From positions 154,690,001 to 154,754,000 of the forward strand of contig OZ336870.1 of the NCBI GenBank assembly GCA_965287045.1: a stretch of 64,000 nucleotides of DNA. The letters run 5' to 3'. Origin of the DNA: Carcharhinus amblyrhynchos (lineage: Eukaryota). Made by a program: the position numbers and the translations under genes. Below the pieces are notes generated by a model that made no database searches, had not been told where the DNA came from, and worked only from the letters and a program-made list of their open reading frames with translations. This document shows positions 49,497 through 62,750 of this stretch, in pieces. Every line of letters starts with the position of its first letter. Positions within the stretch are counted from its first letter, which is position 1.

Positions 49497-50389
49497 CATG
49501 GGTGAGTTTTAATGGCCTCGCTTGTCCCGAAACTGTAAATACTGTCCGAGGTCAATGGACCTGCTCATTGTCCACCCCTTACCCGCTCAGATTCCTGTGG
49601 TGGTAAAATTCTAGTGCATAAGTCTGCAGCATGATATTCTGTTGGTTGCAGCATGGGTAGCCACTTGAGCCCCTTTGCTGCCCAATGCTTAGTTAAATAA
49701 TAGCTTGTGATAGCAATCATGGCAATAGACACTTCGTTGCATGTATTTGATGCTGTGATTGCACATGCTGTTAAATGTGCTGTCCAGTCTTTTTCAGAAG
49801 GTGAACTAGAAAGCCAATTGTAAATCGAGTAACTAGTTTATATGTTGTGAGATGGATCAATGATCCAGAGTTTTCCAGTAGGAACCATTTATTTCCCCCA
49901 TACTTTGTACCATAAAATAAGATATTCAGCTCTGCCACTTGTGATATTTGAAATTTGGAAATCTCAGAGTTAGCTGGTATTAGAACATTTCTGTTACAAC
50001 CCACACATGTCTGTACCTCAGCCTGGAGTACCTCAGACTTGCTGTGTGACTAGGGAGTAGAATCTCTGCCTCTGATTGAAGGTTTTTGATTCTCCTGGAG
50101 ATTTCCTCAAATATGTGAGAGATGATCAACAAAACTGTCAAAGTTGCTATCTGGAATGAACCTCCTCCTTCCTCCACTATGGGATCTCCAGGCACTGTAT
50201 TGTCTGGCCAGCTATGCCTCGCTGCTAGACACATTAAATGAAAGCTTATTCTAACACTAGGGTACAAATATTTCACAATATGTTCAATGCCTTGCTATTG
50301 TTTCAATATTGATGCAGTGTGCAATTACACGGCTAGTCTGTTTAGTCAATATAGAACCCAATCTATGCAATGTTATAAATGTGTTACAA

Positions 50390-50960
50390 AGGAATATAGG
50401 AGCATAGGACTTAAGAGCAGGAGTGCACCATTCGGCCTTTCAGGTCTCCTCCACCATTGAGTAAATACATCATGGCTGACCTGGTTGTGAACTCAACCTT
50501 CCTACCTGCCCCTCATTACCATTTTGGTGGGTTTTTCCGGCCGTGCTCGCCCCAAGGCTGGAAAATCCTGTCTGACGTCAATGGACCTTTGCACAATTGC
50601 AGCGGGAGGGACAGGAAAATTCCTTGGTTTGACTCCCTTGTCTATCAAAAGTCTATCTCATTCCACCTTGAATAAATTTAATGACCCTCCCTCTACTGCT
50701 TTCTGAGGAAGAGAATTCCATTGCCTAATGACCCTCTGAGTGGAAAAGCAAGTCTCCTCACCCTTTCTTAAATTGGAGACCTCTTATTATTGAATTGTTT
50801 CACCTAGTTCTAGAGTCTTCCCCACAAGAGGAACCGTCCTCCTCAGTTACCTCATCAATTCCCCTCAGGATCTTAAAAGTATTGATAGAATCACATTTTG
50901 TTATTCTAAACTCCAATGGGTTTAGGGCCAACCTGTTCAATCTTTCTTCTAACATAGGTT
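50390..50960 (-). mobile_element. Old CR1 3' end carrying a MITE insertion (50525-50625)
   Basis: AGCAGGAGTGCACCATTCGGCC tail side; GAAGAGAATTCCA...ACCCTCTGAGTG. Confidence 0.75.
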
Positions 50961-51329
50961 CTATATCTGTGGGAGTTAATTCTTTAAAAAGTGAATGTAA
51001 CTTTGCAACGTTACCTTAGTGTGAATGAAAACAAAATACTCTTTCAGGCTATATAAATAATAATCACAATATGTTCTGCAAGAATCTCTGGAGAATCACA
51101 GCAGGTTTTTGATCAAAAAGAGACATAAATTTCAGTAAATTTAAATTGATATTTCTTCTTTAAGAAAGACTGATGGATACAACATTTGGTTGTGTTTCTT
51201 GTAGGCATGTTCAGATAGTGAGTGAATGCACTGTGGACATGGCTAAATCCATTAAAGCCAAACTATACAGGATCCATTCTATTCCTATCGATCTGCAATT
51301 GATGTTCCAACATGATTTTACAACACAAA

Positions 51330-51432
51330 TAAACACAGAAACTGCTGGATAAACTCAGAAAGACGTATTGAGTTTATCCAATATTTTCTTTTTTTATTTC
51401 AGATTTCCAGCATCTGCAATATTTTGCTTTTA
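51330..51432. repeat. Centre-deleted fold-back copy of the 35315 family
   Basis: TGGATAAACTCA...TGAGTTTATCCA, then TTTCAGATTTCCAGCATCTGCAATATTTTGCTTTTAT. Confidence 0.65.
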
Positions 51433-51879
51433 TATGATGATACAACAGTTTGTGTTTGTTCTGACAGGACTCACGAGCTGTATATTTCTACTCATTGTAA
51501 GTGCGCAGCTGAATGGCATTGTATGATACAATTTAAGTAAGGTGGAATTATTTACACTCATAGTTTGGAATATATATTACTCTTTTTGGTAAACTGTTGG
51601 CCTTAGTTCAGTGATAAATTGTGTCTCCAAGGGAGGGTTTGGGGCCATGTGAAATTCCATCCTAGTCGGAGTAAGGTTAGACAGGAGCCACCATGCATCT
51701 GTGCATCATCAATCTCTTGTGGCACTGGTGCTGTGAATCACTGTTTTAAGGCGTTGGAATGCATTGGGCATAAACTGGATGCCTAATGGCACTCAACATG
51801 CCAGTTCAAAGGGGTCATCCAGCCTGCTCCTCTACCACCGAGCATGCCCCATTTCTGGTCACCCCAGCTGCCACAGCCC

Positions 51880-52885
51880 CCCTCTTTGCCTACCACCTGA
51901 AATTATAGCAATGGAGGTGCAGATTCCTGAGCAGTGACTCCCTGGTGCCAACCTCTACTCCAGATAGGGGAGAGCTGTGGGATGAGGGAATTTGCACTCC
52001 AGACTTTGATCAGGTCCTGGTAAAAGACAGGCACTGCCTGCAAGGAGTTATGAAGAAAGCAATTCAAGTCATGCACCTAGCAGAAGAACTGCGTCGCCAG
52101 TGTACACCATCAAGGAGGGAGTTCAGTGTAGAGGTATCGTTGCAGGGTCTGAAGGTGGAAGGTCGCTATCTGGGTGCAAAGGCACACCAGCATCTGACCA
52201 CCTCCTGAAGGAGGGTCTAAGAATGTCAGCAGTGACGCAGCGCAACCTTTTGTCTCAAAAGACCATCTTAGATATTTTTGTGACAAACCCTGGGGGAGGG
52301 GTCCAGCTGGTGCCACAGCATGGGGATTATCAACACTCAACCCCTGTAGGACAATATTTGGAGCAGTCAGTCCATCATTTCATGGATAGCACAGTGATTA
52401 GCACTGCTGCCTCACAGCACCAGAGACCAGGGTTCAATTCTGGCCTCCGGTGACTGTGTGTGTGGAGTTTGCACATTCTCCCTGTGTCTGCTTGCGTTTC
52501 CTCCAGGTGCTCCAGTTTCCTCCCACGGTCTAAAGATGTGCAGGTCAGGATGATTGACCATGCTAAATCACTCCTTGGTGTCCCAAGATGTGTAGGTTAG
52601 GGGGATTAACAGGGTAAATATGTGGGGTTATGGGGATAGGGGCAGGGTGGTTGGTGGGATTGATGTCGGTGCAGGTTTATGGGCCAAATGGCTTCCTTCT
52701 ATACTGGAGGGATTCTATGATTTCAGACGAGTGGTGACTTTGGCTTCCAGCTACTGACATTTGCTGACTAGGATTCCTCAGCAGAGCAGAGCTGAACTCC
52801 CAGGAGAGGAGCCTGATTCAGGTGAAAGGCCTCAGCTCCTCAGGTAGGAAGTCCATCTGCCAATAACAGATCCGGAGACCAGAAT
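51880..52885 (-). mobile_element. Tx1-like (L1 clade) LINE remnant split by a V-SINE
   Basis: Minus-strand GGQMLVCLCTQIATFHLQTLQRYLY, and LPEELRPFT...LGV...LEAKVTTRL-like segments. Confidence 0.7.
52383..52721 (+). mobile_element. HE1-type V-SINE
   Basis: Head, GGGTTCAATTC, V-domain, GATTCTATGAT tail. Confidence 0.92.
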
Positions 52886-52929
52886 GTTTGTCCCAGTTGA
52901 TGCTTGCAGAGTATACACCAGAGTACACT

Positions 52930-53300
52930 TCCTGGCACTCAAACTTGAGAATAACCTGTTTATTCCTACTCCCTCTTTCTGTCTGTTAACCAGTTATCAA
53001 CCCATGAAAGTATATTACCCCCAATCCATGTGCGTTGATTTTGTAACCACTCATGCAGGACCTTATCAAAAGCCTATGAAAATCCAAACACATGACATCC
53101 ACTGGTTTGCCCTTATCTATTGTGTGAGTTACATCCTCAAAACAGATTTCCTTTTATAAATGCTTGTTGATTCCACCCAATCCAACCATTACTTTTTAAA
53201 TGTCCAGTTATCTGATCATTTGTAATAGATCTGAACATTCCCTTACCACTGATGTCAGGCTAAAAGGTCTGTAGTTCCCTGTTTTCTTTCTCCATCTTTT
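52930..53300 (-). mobile_element. Old CR1 RT fragment
   Basis: Minus-strand GNYRPFSLTSVV and a D...AFDKV-like segment; many indels. Confidence 0.75.
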
Positions 53301-53309
53301 CCATTTCTT

Positions 53310-54857
53310 CTGAAAGAAATGGCGGAGGTGATAGTGGATGCCTTGGTGGTTACTTTCCAAACGTCGCTGGATTCCGGGGAAGTGCCGGAAGATTGGAAAA
53401 CGGCTAATGTTACGCCGTTGTTTAAGAAGGGTGCCAGGCAAAAGGCAGGGAATTATAGGCCGGTTAGTTTAACGTCTGTTGTAGGTAAAATGTTAGAATC
53501 TGTCATCAAAGAGGAAATAGCGAGGCATCTTGAGGGGAATTGCTTGATAGAGCAGACGCAGCACGGTTTCGTTAAGGGGAAGTCGTGTCTGACAAATTTA
53601 CTGGAGTTCTATGAGGATGTGTCTAGGGCAGTGGATAGAAGAGAGCCGGTGGGTGTGGTCTTTCTTGATTTCCAGAAGGCGTTTGACAAGGTACCTCACA
53701 AGAGGTTATTGCAGAAGATCAGGGGACATGGAGTTGGGGGTAGGGTGTTAGCGTGGATAGAGGATTGGTTGTCAAATAGGAGGCAGAGAGTGGGGGTCAA
53801 TGGGTGCTATTCGGATTGGCGGTTGGTGACTAGTGGAGTGCCCCAGGGGTCGGTGCTGGGGCCTCAGCTATTCACCATTTATATAGATGATCTGGAGGAG
53901 GGAACCAAGTGTATGGTGTCGAAATTTGCTGATGACACCAAGATTGGTGGAACGGCAAATTGCGCGGAGGGTGTGGAGAGTCTACAGAAGGATCTAGATA
54001 GGCTGGGCGAATGGGCCAGGAACTGGCAAATGGAATTTAATGTTGGCAAGTGCGAGGTGGTCCACTTTGGTAGGAATAATGGTAGGAAGGATTATTACTT
54101 ATGTGGCGAAAAACTGCAGCAGGCGACGGTGCAGAGGGACCTCGGGGTCCTTGTACATGAGTCGCAAAAACCCAGCTTGCAGGTGCAGCAGGTGGTCAGG
54201 AAGGCTAATGGGATGCTGGCCTTCATAGTGAGGGGGGATTGAATATAAAAGTAGGGAGGTCTTGCTGCGGCTGTATAGGGCATTGGTGAGGCCGCAGCTG
54301 GGGTACTGTGTGCAGTTTTGGGCGCCGTACTTACGCAAGGATATTTTGGCCTTGGAGGGAGTGCAGAGGAGGTTTACTAGGCTGATGCCGGAGTTGAGGG
54401 GGTTGAGCTATGAGGAGAGGCTGAATAAACTAGGCTTGTACTCGTTAGAGTTTAGAAGAATGAGGGGAGATCTCATTGAGACGTGTAAGATGATGAATGG
54501 GATGGATAGGATAGAGGTGGAGAGACTCTTCCCGCTCAGAAAGGACAGTAGGACTAGGGGGCACAGCCTCAAGATAAAGGGGGGGCGGTTTAGAACAGAG
54601 TTGAGGAAGAACTTCTTCACTCAAAGGGTTGTGAATCTCTGGAATTCTCTGCCTGTTGAAGTGGTGGAGGCTACCTCGCTAAATATTTTTAAGACGCGGG
54701 TTGATGGGTTTTTGATAAGAGAGGGGATTAAGGGTTATGGGGAGAGGGCGGGAATGTGGAACTGAGCCACGACAGATCAGCCATGATCTTATTGAATGGC
54801 GGGGCAGGCTCAAAGGGCTAGATGGCCTACTCCTGCTCCTATTTCTTATGTTCTTAT
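53310..54857 (+). mobile_element. Young 5'-truncated CR1; RT open except for one +1 frameshift
   Basis: ORFs 53319-54242 and 54262-54765 join across a G6 run at 54232-54237. FADD present; tail TTTCTTATGTTCTTAT. Confidence 0.95.
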
Positions 54858-55539
54858 TACGCACAACCTCACTGGGCAGGCTGTGTAGTGCACCTGACAT
54901 CAAGCATCTCTGGTTACCTTGGCCTTTGGAGTCAACCTGTGAGTTCCTATAGCAGAATTAAAATGTGATCTTGTCTTCCGGCACACTGTGCACAAGAATA
55001 TTAGAGACAGCCAATGTGTTGTTAATGACTGTTAGAGAGTTCTGAGGTAGGGTTTCATTGTACTCAAAACATAACAAAGAATAACAACAACTAGAATGGG
55101 ACTTCATTTTTGTCATGAAGCTGCAAGAGAAAACCCAGTCGTGACAGTCATGGGATCTTACATCATTTCCCCAAGAATTTGTGAACTGTCCATTTACACA
55201 TTCACATTAACCACCTACACTTCATCTCCTTCCTCCCTAAGTCTCTAAGTTCTAAGTGTCATAACAGCGAAGAGCATGGGGTGAATCATGTCTGTCTCTC
55301 AGGTGTACTCCGCTTTGCAATCTTTCGACACTCAGTCACTTTTTTGGAGAATAGGAAGCTTGATGTCGGTATGGGGTGGGGGGGCAGAGCCGAAACATGC
55401 CAGTGAAACCAGCTTCAGTATCCTCGGTCACCATTTCGCAGATTCATGGTGCACCAGGAGACTTCCCTCCCACCCTGCACGGACATCACATCACCCCCTT
55501 TATTGGTAGCATGTTCTCCCCAAACCCTGACATGTGTCA

Positions 55540-55680
55540 CCTCATCTAGGCATCATGCCCCCCCCGATATGTTCACTGGTTGACCCCTGACAGGCCCCTC
55601 TGACATGACTCCCAACATGCACCCCTGTCATGACCTCCAACATGCCTCCGTCATGATCCCAGACATGGCCCCCACCAATG
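55540..55680 (+). repeat. Degenerate C-rich minisatellite, unit about 22 bp
   Basis: CATGAC(T/C)(C/T)CCAACATGC-like units repeated. Confidence 0.5.
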
Positions 55681-57220
55681 TTGAGTGCAACCTCAGCATA
55701 AGACAGGATTTAACTCACCAGTTATACAGCAAAACATATACTCATGACAAGAGCTGAATACAGGCACACATTAGGCAGGGCAGGACAGCTGGCAAGTGAG
55801 AACAGCCCTTTGGTACCTCTCTTAGTGTCCCAAGTCGTCTCAACTTCTTGAATCACTTAGGAATGTTGGACAAAATCTTCCCCGAGGGTTCTTCTCCACT
55901 GCCTACTTCACTGAGTCTCTCAAAGTCTGATAACTTATTCCTTTTTTTAGGGGTCAAAACCTGGATAGATAATTGAGTGGCCTTATAGTTTGATAAAGAT
56001 TTAAATTAGTTTGAAATACTCTACAAAATATTGAGTTTTTTGCCTAAATTTTGAGTTGAAAAGCCCACCTGCCATTACCTTCTGGCCTTGATTAATCAGG
56101 CCTAAGTCTTAAATCATCCTTTCCAAACCTCGCCTTCGGCTGTTCTTCCTGATAAGTTGCATCCTCCTCTGAAGCATTCCATTTCTGCTCTTCAAAACTA
56201 GCTTGCAGAATTTTCATTCATCTGTGTCAGTACTGTCACCATTTATTTATGGCCAAAGCTGTTCATAAGGCCTGTGAATGAATGATATATAATGGCTATC
56301 CAGTCTATTCTGTTCTAATTCCTCACCAGTCTGTTGAACCGTGGGATTGTTCAGTCAGCTTCAATTTTACTGAAACACGCTAATGAATTTGCATATTTCC
56401 ACACACATCTTAATTTGGCAAGATTGCGTGAAAGGCCTAACATTTAGTATATCGGCCTCCCACTAGGTCTTGTCTCACCATGGGCCATTTCCAGGCCAGA
56501 TACAGCTGTCATCACCTAAGAATAATCATCCACCGATTTGTTTCAGGAGAAATGAAACCTTCAGCAGTTTCCAATAAATCGAAATTTACAGCACCAACCT
56601 TTTCCTTTATTTTACACCAATTACTGAATGTATTTTTGTTCTAAGTGTATTGCTAATTTATAACAGGTGCAACTTAAAACCTACCCTGTTGATCGACCTT
56701 TTTCTCACCTGGCCTGATGTTTCCAAATGGGTGTTTGATAATGCTCCTATAAAGTGTCTTGGGATGTTTTACGATGTTAAATGTGCTATGTTAATGAAAG
56801 TAGTTGTTGTTGATCAGGGAATGTGCCTGACGTGGTCAAGTAGTGATACACAGCGTCCGTGATTTGTGAGGGAGTGAAGTTGCAATAATGGTGATTGTAC
56901 CGTTCTCCCAATACTTTCCATTTATGATTGCTGTATTTGCTGTTTGCTAATGTTGTCATTCCCCCTTGATCTCTCCTTTTTTAAAATCTGATTTGTTATA
57001 ATGTTGTGCATCTTTCAGTCTTCAGCTCTGAGGATGTATCATGCCTGTAACATTAAGCTTGTTTTTTCCTGCCTTTAATCCTATCCATGGAAAATTATGC
57101 ATGCAACATGCATATAATGGAATGGACAAATAAATGGCAATTGAATTTTAATATATATCATTTTTAGGCAGCATATTTTGGTAGGAAGAATAAGAATGGC
57201 ATCTGTTTCTTAGAAAAGTA

Positions 57221-57550
57221 GGGGGCGATCTTATCAAAAAATTTGTAAGTGCTGAACGAGTGTGATGATAGGAGAGAATCGCACCCATTTTGTTTGGCAG
57301 GAGAAAAGAATTGAATCTTACTCCACTGAGAGAAAAAATGAGGCAAAGTGTGATTCCTGCCTGTCGGGAGTGGACAGAGTCTATTCACGCCAAGAGGCCT
57401 GCTGCTGAATGCTAGAGAGCACTATTGTGGATGTGCGTGATCTCCCCATGCACTATGTACAAGAGTACACCCCAGTTTTTCGTCTCTCTCATGATCTTAC
57501 TGGCTTACCACACTGATCGACCGACATAATGAGCCAGTAAGATAGTGCCC
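57221..57550. mobile_element. MITE-like element, possibly PIF/Harbinger-derived
   Basis: TIR GGGGGCGATCTTA / TAAGATAGTGCCC with GTA on both flanks. Left end resembles 60231 onward. Confidence 0.55.
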
Positions 57551-57699
57551 GTAGACTCTAAATGGGACAAATTTGCAGAGGCAGATACTGAGTCAGAAAT
57601 CATGAAAAGTAGCAACTAGGTTAGCTGCCATAAAAAAATTAAACAATTTACTGGGGTTCAACTCGAGAGGAATGGAATTGGAAAATGGAGAAATTGCTA

Positions 57700-58150
57700 A
57701 ACTGATTTAAAACTTTGTTTGGACCTGAGTGCAGAGTGCTGGTTTCCATACTACTGAAAGAGGTTATAAAAGCCCTGAGAAAAGCATAGCAAACATTTGC
57801 AAGGATGATAACAGAACTAAGTGGAAAAAACTATCAGGAAAGATTGAACACGTTGGCCTCTTGTAGAAAAGAGCAAAATAAGAAGGGGATGGAGAGGGAA
57901 GTAAAGAAGATATTTCCATTTGTGGTTGAAATGGGACTAGGTATGATATGGTGACAGATAAATCCTGTAAGGATTTTGAGAGAAACTCGGTTAGAATGTT
58001 GAGCTTGCTATTAGATGGAATGCTTAAGGCATAAATGCATTCAAAGGAAAGCTAGAAAGATGATTTTAATAAGTGAGACAAAGACAGGTAGGTGGAACAT
58101 GAAAATCCGGCATTGGCCAGTTGAATGCAATTACTTATTTCTTTACTGTA
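57700..58150 (+). mobile_element. Highly decayed CR1 3' region
   Basis: CTATCAGGAAAGATTGAACA (YQERLN) and a degenerate tail. Confidence 0.55.
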
Positions 58151-58395
58151 AAATTCCACTTAATATAAATTGTTTTATTCTCATGTGTGCCTGCCTTTGT
58201 GGATAGGAGACCCATTAAGCACAGGGGAAATTGAGTGAGTCAAATTTAAAAGAAAATGTAAACAAAAATTGTCAATACCCAGAGAGATAAATTGATCAGA
58301 AAGAAAATTTTCTCCCTGACTTGGTGATTTAAATATTTAAATCGCCTAGTGCCTATTTTAAAGAGATTAGATATATTCTTCTATAATTGCTTATT

Positions 58396-58515
58396 CATAG
58401 AATCACAGAATCCCAACAGTGCAGAAGGAGGCCATTTAGCCCACTGAGTCTACACCGACCACAATCCCTTCCAGGCCCTATTCCCATAACCCCACATATT
58501 TACCCTGCTAATTCC
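58396..58515 (-). mobile_element. V-SINE 3' fragment
   Basis: CATAGAATCACAGAATCCC..CAGTGCAGAAGGAGGCCATT. Confidence 0.8.
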
Positions 58516-60230
58516 CCTTGCATGAAGAGGTTTTATACCACAAGGATATTTTTGTACTTGTGTGAGACCATGAAGTATCATGACTAACTGCTTCACAAAG
58601 GAGGTGGCCAACATATTCCATGACTACCAAGAGGTACTGTAAAATTAGGAAGACTGACTTAATATACACTTGAGAATTGCTTTCTGAAAAATATTACTGT
58701 GTTGGATTGCCTCTAATTTTGCCACTTCACTGAATTATATTTTTTAAACTACAATCTACTATGAGACACTTAATGAAGATCTAAGTTAATATCGGCAAAA
58801 TATAGATCTTGCTCCGAGGAAATATTAAACAACCCTCCTCCTCTAACTATTTCGTTTATCCAAAAGAGTGAGCCAATCTCTTGCTCTGCCAATGTTCTAC
58901 TATTGCCCTTCCATAGAAGATGTGAGAAAATGGTTTGTGGTGAAAAATCTGTTGATGTTTCTACCGTCTCTCTGGGGAAGTGTCTGGATCCTGTTCTGTA
59001 CCCGCTGGACAATCTCATTAACTGAAATATGACTGCTCGCTTCAGGGAGAATTGCAGAACTAGTGCTGTGTTCAAGAGGTTCAGATACTTGGTCTGAAAT
59101 GAACAAATGGATCAATGGATGACAATTTAATACCATGGGCAATCCGTAATCTCGAGGTACTTCACCATACTGAGTGATGGTTGCTGAATTAATAGGGTAT
59201 TTGAACAATTTTTAGCAGGACAAATGAAGAGACGTGGCAATTACATAAATGGAAATGAGAAACAATATTAGTCTATAAATGGACAATAAGAGAAGGTGAG
59301 TGATTAATTTACAATTGAAGGTGACTGCAGTGTCTCAGTAAAAAGAAGTAATAGAATATTACCTCACTCATTGTGTTGCATAAAGGTTTCTGCATAATTG
59401 AAGGTGAATATATCGCATTTCATTTTGCATACAAGATCCTCAGCTTGTTCAAAATCAATGGGATGGCATGTGTACACCTATTTATAAATTAGATTAAAAC
59501 AAAACCTTCTTGGTAAAGTTAATGATTTCAGTTGCTTTTCTCTCATTTCTCTTGGGATCACAGGGGACTGTCTCTGTTCACTGTTTTAAGCCATTGCTAT
59601 ACCATTTGTTTCCCACATTTGAATTAACATTCATCCCAGATACTGAAGTATCTTGCTGTAATGTTTCATTTCTTTCAGAGTAAAGGTAACGAACATGTAT
59701 GGTTTAAGGAAAGCACAATGATTGGCAAATCCTACACTTTTGTTTTAATTAAAAGGACATCGCCTTCCTGAAGAGAAAAACTTGCCTAATTTCATTTAGT
59801 CCAAAGTCATGTGGTGGTGTAAATTGGGCCAGATCATGTTGGAGTGTAGATTTTTACCTGCAGATTTTATCTAGATTTAATCTGTACTGCAACCTGAAAG
59901 TTTAAACTAATAATGGCATGGTGCGAGCAAAGTGGACCTTGGTGCACAGTTGAGTCTGTTCTTTAGTTCTCCTTTGCCAACGTGATGGAAAGTTACTTTT
60001 GGTCTGAACTGTTCTTGTTCCCTCTACTTTATAAAATATTTTATCTTGTTATGGCGAGTTATACTACACATTTGTACATCAATTAGAAGCAATTCAGCAC
60101 TGAATTGTGTAACTTAAATGCAAAGGTGCTCAGTTTCTGTTTCGAAAAATGTAGTGTGAGACTCTCAACAAATGCAATGTATCTAAATTTTGCATTAGCT
60201 CCAACTTCTTTTGGAAATTGTTAAAACGTT

Positions 60231-61376
60231 GGGTGGAATTCTTCCAAAGAAGTTCTAAGTGTCGAATTCACGTAAAAACTGGAGTAAATCGCGCTGGTTT
60301 TCTCAGCGGAATTTTTGAAATGAATCTCCCACACTCTGTGTACTGCAGAGTGCACTAGTGTGAATATCATTAAAAAGCTGTAGGTGGGGCCTATTCCCAC
60401 TGAAGAGGTTGGCAGCATATCACTAACAGGGCCACTGTGCATGTGCCGATATATCAGAGCAGAGATCGACGCATGTGCAGTAGCCCCTGCTCTGCTGGCC
60501 TCCCAATCATTGGCCAACTCGATTGCTGGCCAGCACTGCATTTCTGGCTGTGTGACCAACCACCCCCCCCCCCCCCCCCCCCCGCCACACCACCTGATTA
60601 CTGGCTCCCCGAACATGTCTGGGGCCAGTCCTGAACCCCTCAGGCTGCCTCAATCTGCCCCTCTCCCAGCCTGCCTTGATCTCCCCACCCCGCTGCAATC
60701 CTGATCTCCCCCACCCACAGTCCTGATCTCCCCCACACTGACAGCCCCAAAACCCCAGCAAGCCGACCCTCCCCACCCTGATGGCCTGCCCCAAATGCTG
60801 GCCTTAATCCCTCTGTCACTGCAGAGTGGCAGTGGGACCCCGCACCTCCACTGACCTCACCTCAGAGGCCCCGACCCTATAGGCCCTGCTCCCATTAGGC
60901 CCCAACCCCTTGGCACTGCCTAATGCCCAGTGGGCAATGTCAAGGTGCCCCCATGCATATTGTCACTTTGGACAGTGCCAGGCTGGCAATGTCTGGGACA
61001 GACCCCATTATCCAAGACCTCCTGAGAGGTTGCTATAGCTTCTCTTCACTCCAGTGGTGTCAGGCCGCCAGCTCCCTGCAAGTAGGGAGCTATTGTAATC
61101 ACCGTTGGAATGAAACATTTCTGGTGGGGGTGGGTGGATGGGGAGGAGGGAAAGGCTAGCAGGTCTGGAGACTTCAGTCCCTAGCATGCTAATGAGATTG
61201 AAATCATCATTATAAAAATTTATGCAGCTCTGCATGAATTTCTGACGCGAAGTTGATGGTGCCAGAAATGTGGCAGCCAGAGAATTGTGAAGACTGCAGT
61301 GTCCAGGTGGAAGCCCACTAGATGTCCCCTGCTTCGGCCTGCGAAAACAGCGCAGCAGACTGGGAGAATTGTTCCC
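60231..61376 (+). mobile_element. About 1.1-kb non-autonomous TIR element
   Basis: TIRs GGGTGGAATTCTTCC / GGGAGAATTGTTCCC; C-rich interior. Confidence 0.6.
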
Positions 61377-61683
61377 CCTTATCCTTCATTATGGTCAGAG
61401 AGGCATTATGAGTGGGTGCCTACTGTTAAATGAGGCTCTTAGCTTATTTCCACTTGTGATTTATTTCACCTACATTGTGCTGGAAATCTGAAAGTGCACT
61501 TTCAGTAAGCTGTTCCATTTTGTCATGGACCAAAATGAATCAACCATTTAAGGATAACACATCCAGGTTTCATTGTTGGTTTTTTATTAGCTTTTGGGGT
61601 AGGATACTTAATTTTTGCTGCAATTTGTTTTGCATAATACATGTAATCTTTGTGAGTTTTGTTGATAATTTGACAGAGACACG

Positions 61684-62750
61684 GTGTACAATCCTCCCAA
61701 AAAGATTCTAACCTTATCAGCTCCTCCTGCCGGTTGATTGGCGAGGTAAGCTATTAAGAATGAGTGAGAGGTGATAAATGAGGACCATGTCTGGTGTTTT
61801 GTCTCTTGCAATCTTACCAGCACTGACTCGTCGGCGAAATTGGCTTCATGTCCAGAAAAGATGCAAAGTCGATTTCAATATCCATGACATCATTGACATG
61901 CCATTAGTGAATCCCGGACCCTGTCGTCTGGGCTCACTTATGCTCATCCCCTCACCAGCCAAAGTTCTCACTGGCAAAAGTCACCTATGGCCCCCATCAG
62001 TGAGGAGACCAGCCATGATGCTATGATGGCCTTGCTGCTGGGGCTGGAGGCCACTGAAGCCCTCCAAGTGATTGAGCACAGGGCACTGCCAGGTGTGTCA
62101 AGTGGCCCCTTAGGCAGTGTCCACCAGACACCCTAGCACTGTCCATCAAGTATCCTGGCTTTCCCCACTGGGCAGTGCCAAGGGGATTCGGCCATGATGA
62201 GGGAGGCAGGGGTAGCTCCATAAGTGGGCTGGATGGAAGGGGGGAGCTTTGCAGGAGGGGGAACGAGTTGATTGATCAGGGCAGTGATTGGGTTGGGAGT
62301 GGTTGATAGGCTGGGGTGGCGATTGGGAGCATGGGGTGTTGATTGGCCGGAATGGCCATTGATTGGTGGTCGGGTATTGACCAGAGGGGGTTTTATCAGC
62401 CGGGGTGGCAATCAGGGAGAGGGCGATGTCCAGGGGTTGGAGGGAGAGCCCGACACAGGGAGCGATCAATGGCAGATCCCGATGTCCATGCAGAGGGTGG
62501 TGACAAGTGATCTCCCAGTACGCTAGGAGATTGACGCGCCTGCGCAATGACACCCCTACAACTCAGCAGCTGGCTTCACTGGTGAAATTAGGCTCTGCCC
62601 TGCCCCCTACTGGCGAGAATTGCATCCTTGCACTTGTTGGACTGTGTGTCATAAGATTGCTTTTATTTAACTCACCCAAAAAGAGAGTCCGAAACTCTCC
62701 TTTTTTTCTCATCATTTAGCACTTAGAAATTTTTCCATAAAATTCCACCT
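61684..62750 (-). mobile_element. Same TIR family in the opposite orientation
   Basis: Reverse complement of the right end, GGTGGAATTTT...TTCTAAGTG, matches 60231 onward. Internal CCCCTTGGCACTGCC...GGACAGTGC is shared. Confidence 0.6.

Noticed and set aside
58326-58343. 18-bp AT palindrome GATTTAAATATTTAAATC
   Set aside because: Low complexity; plausible by chance or as a repeat remnant.
59216-59301. TTTAGCAG...AAG|GTGAGT exon-like segment
   Set aside because: Stops in all three frames and a weak acceptor; cannot support it as coding.
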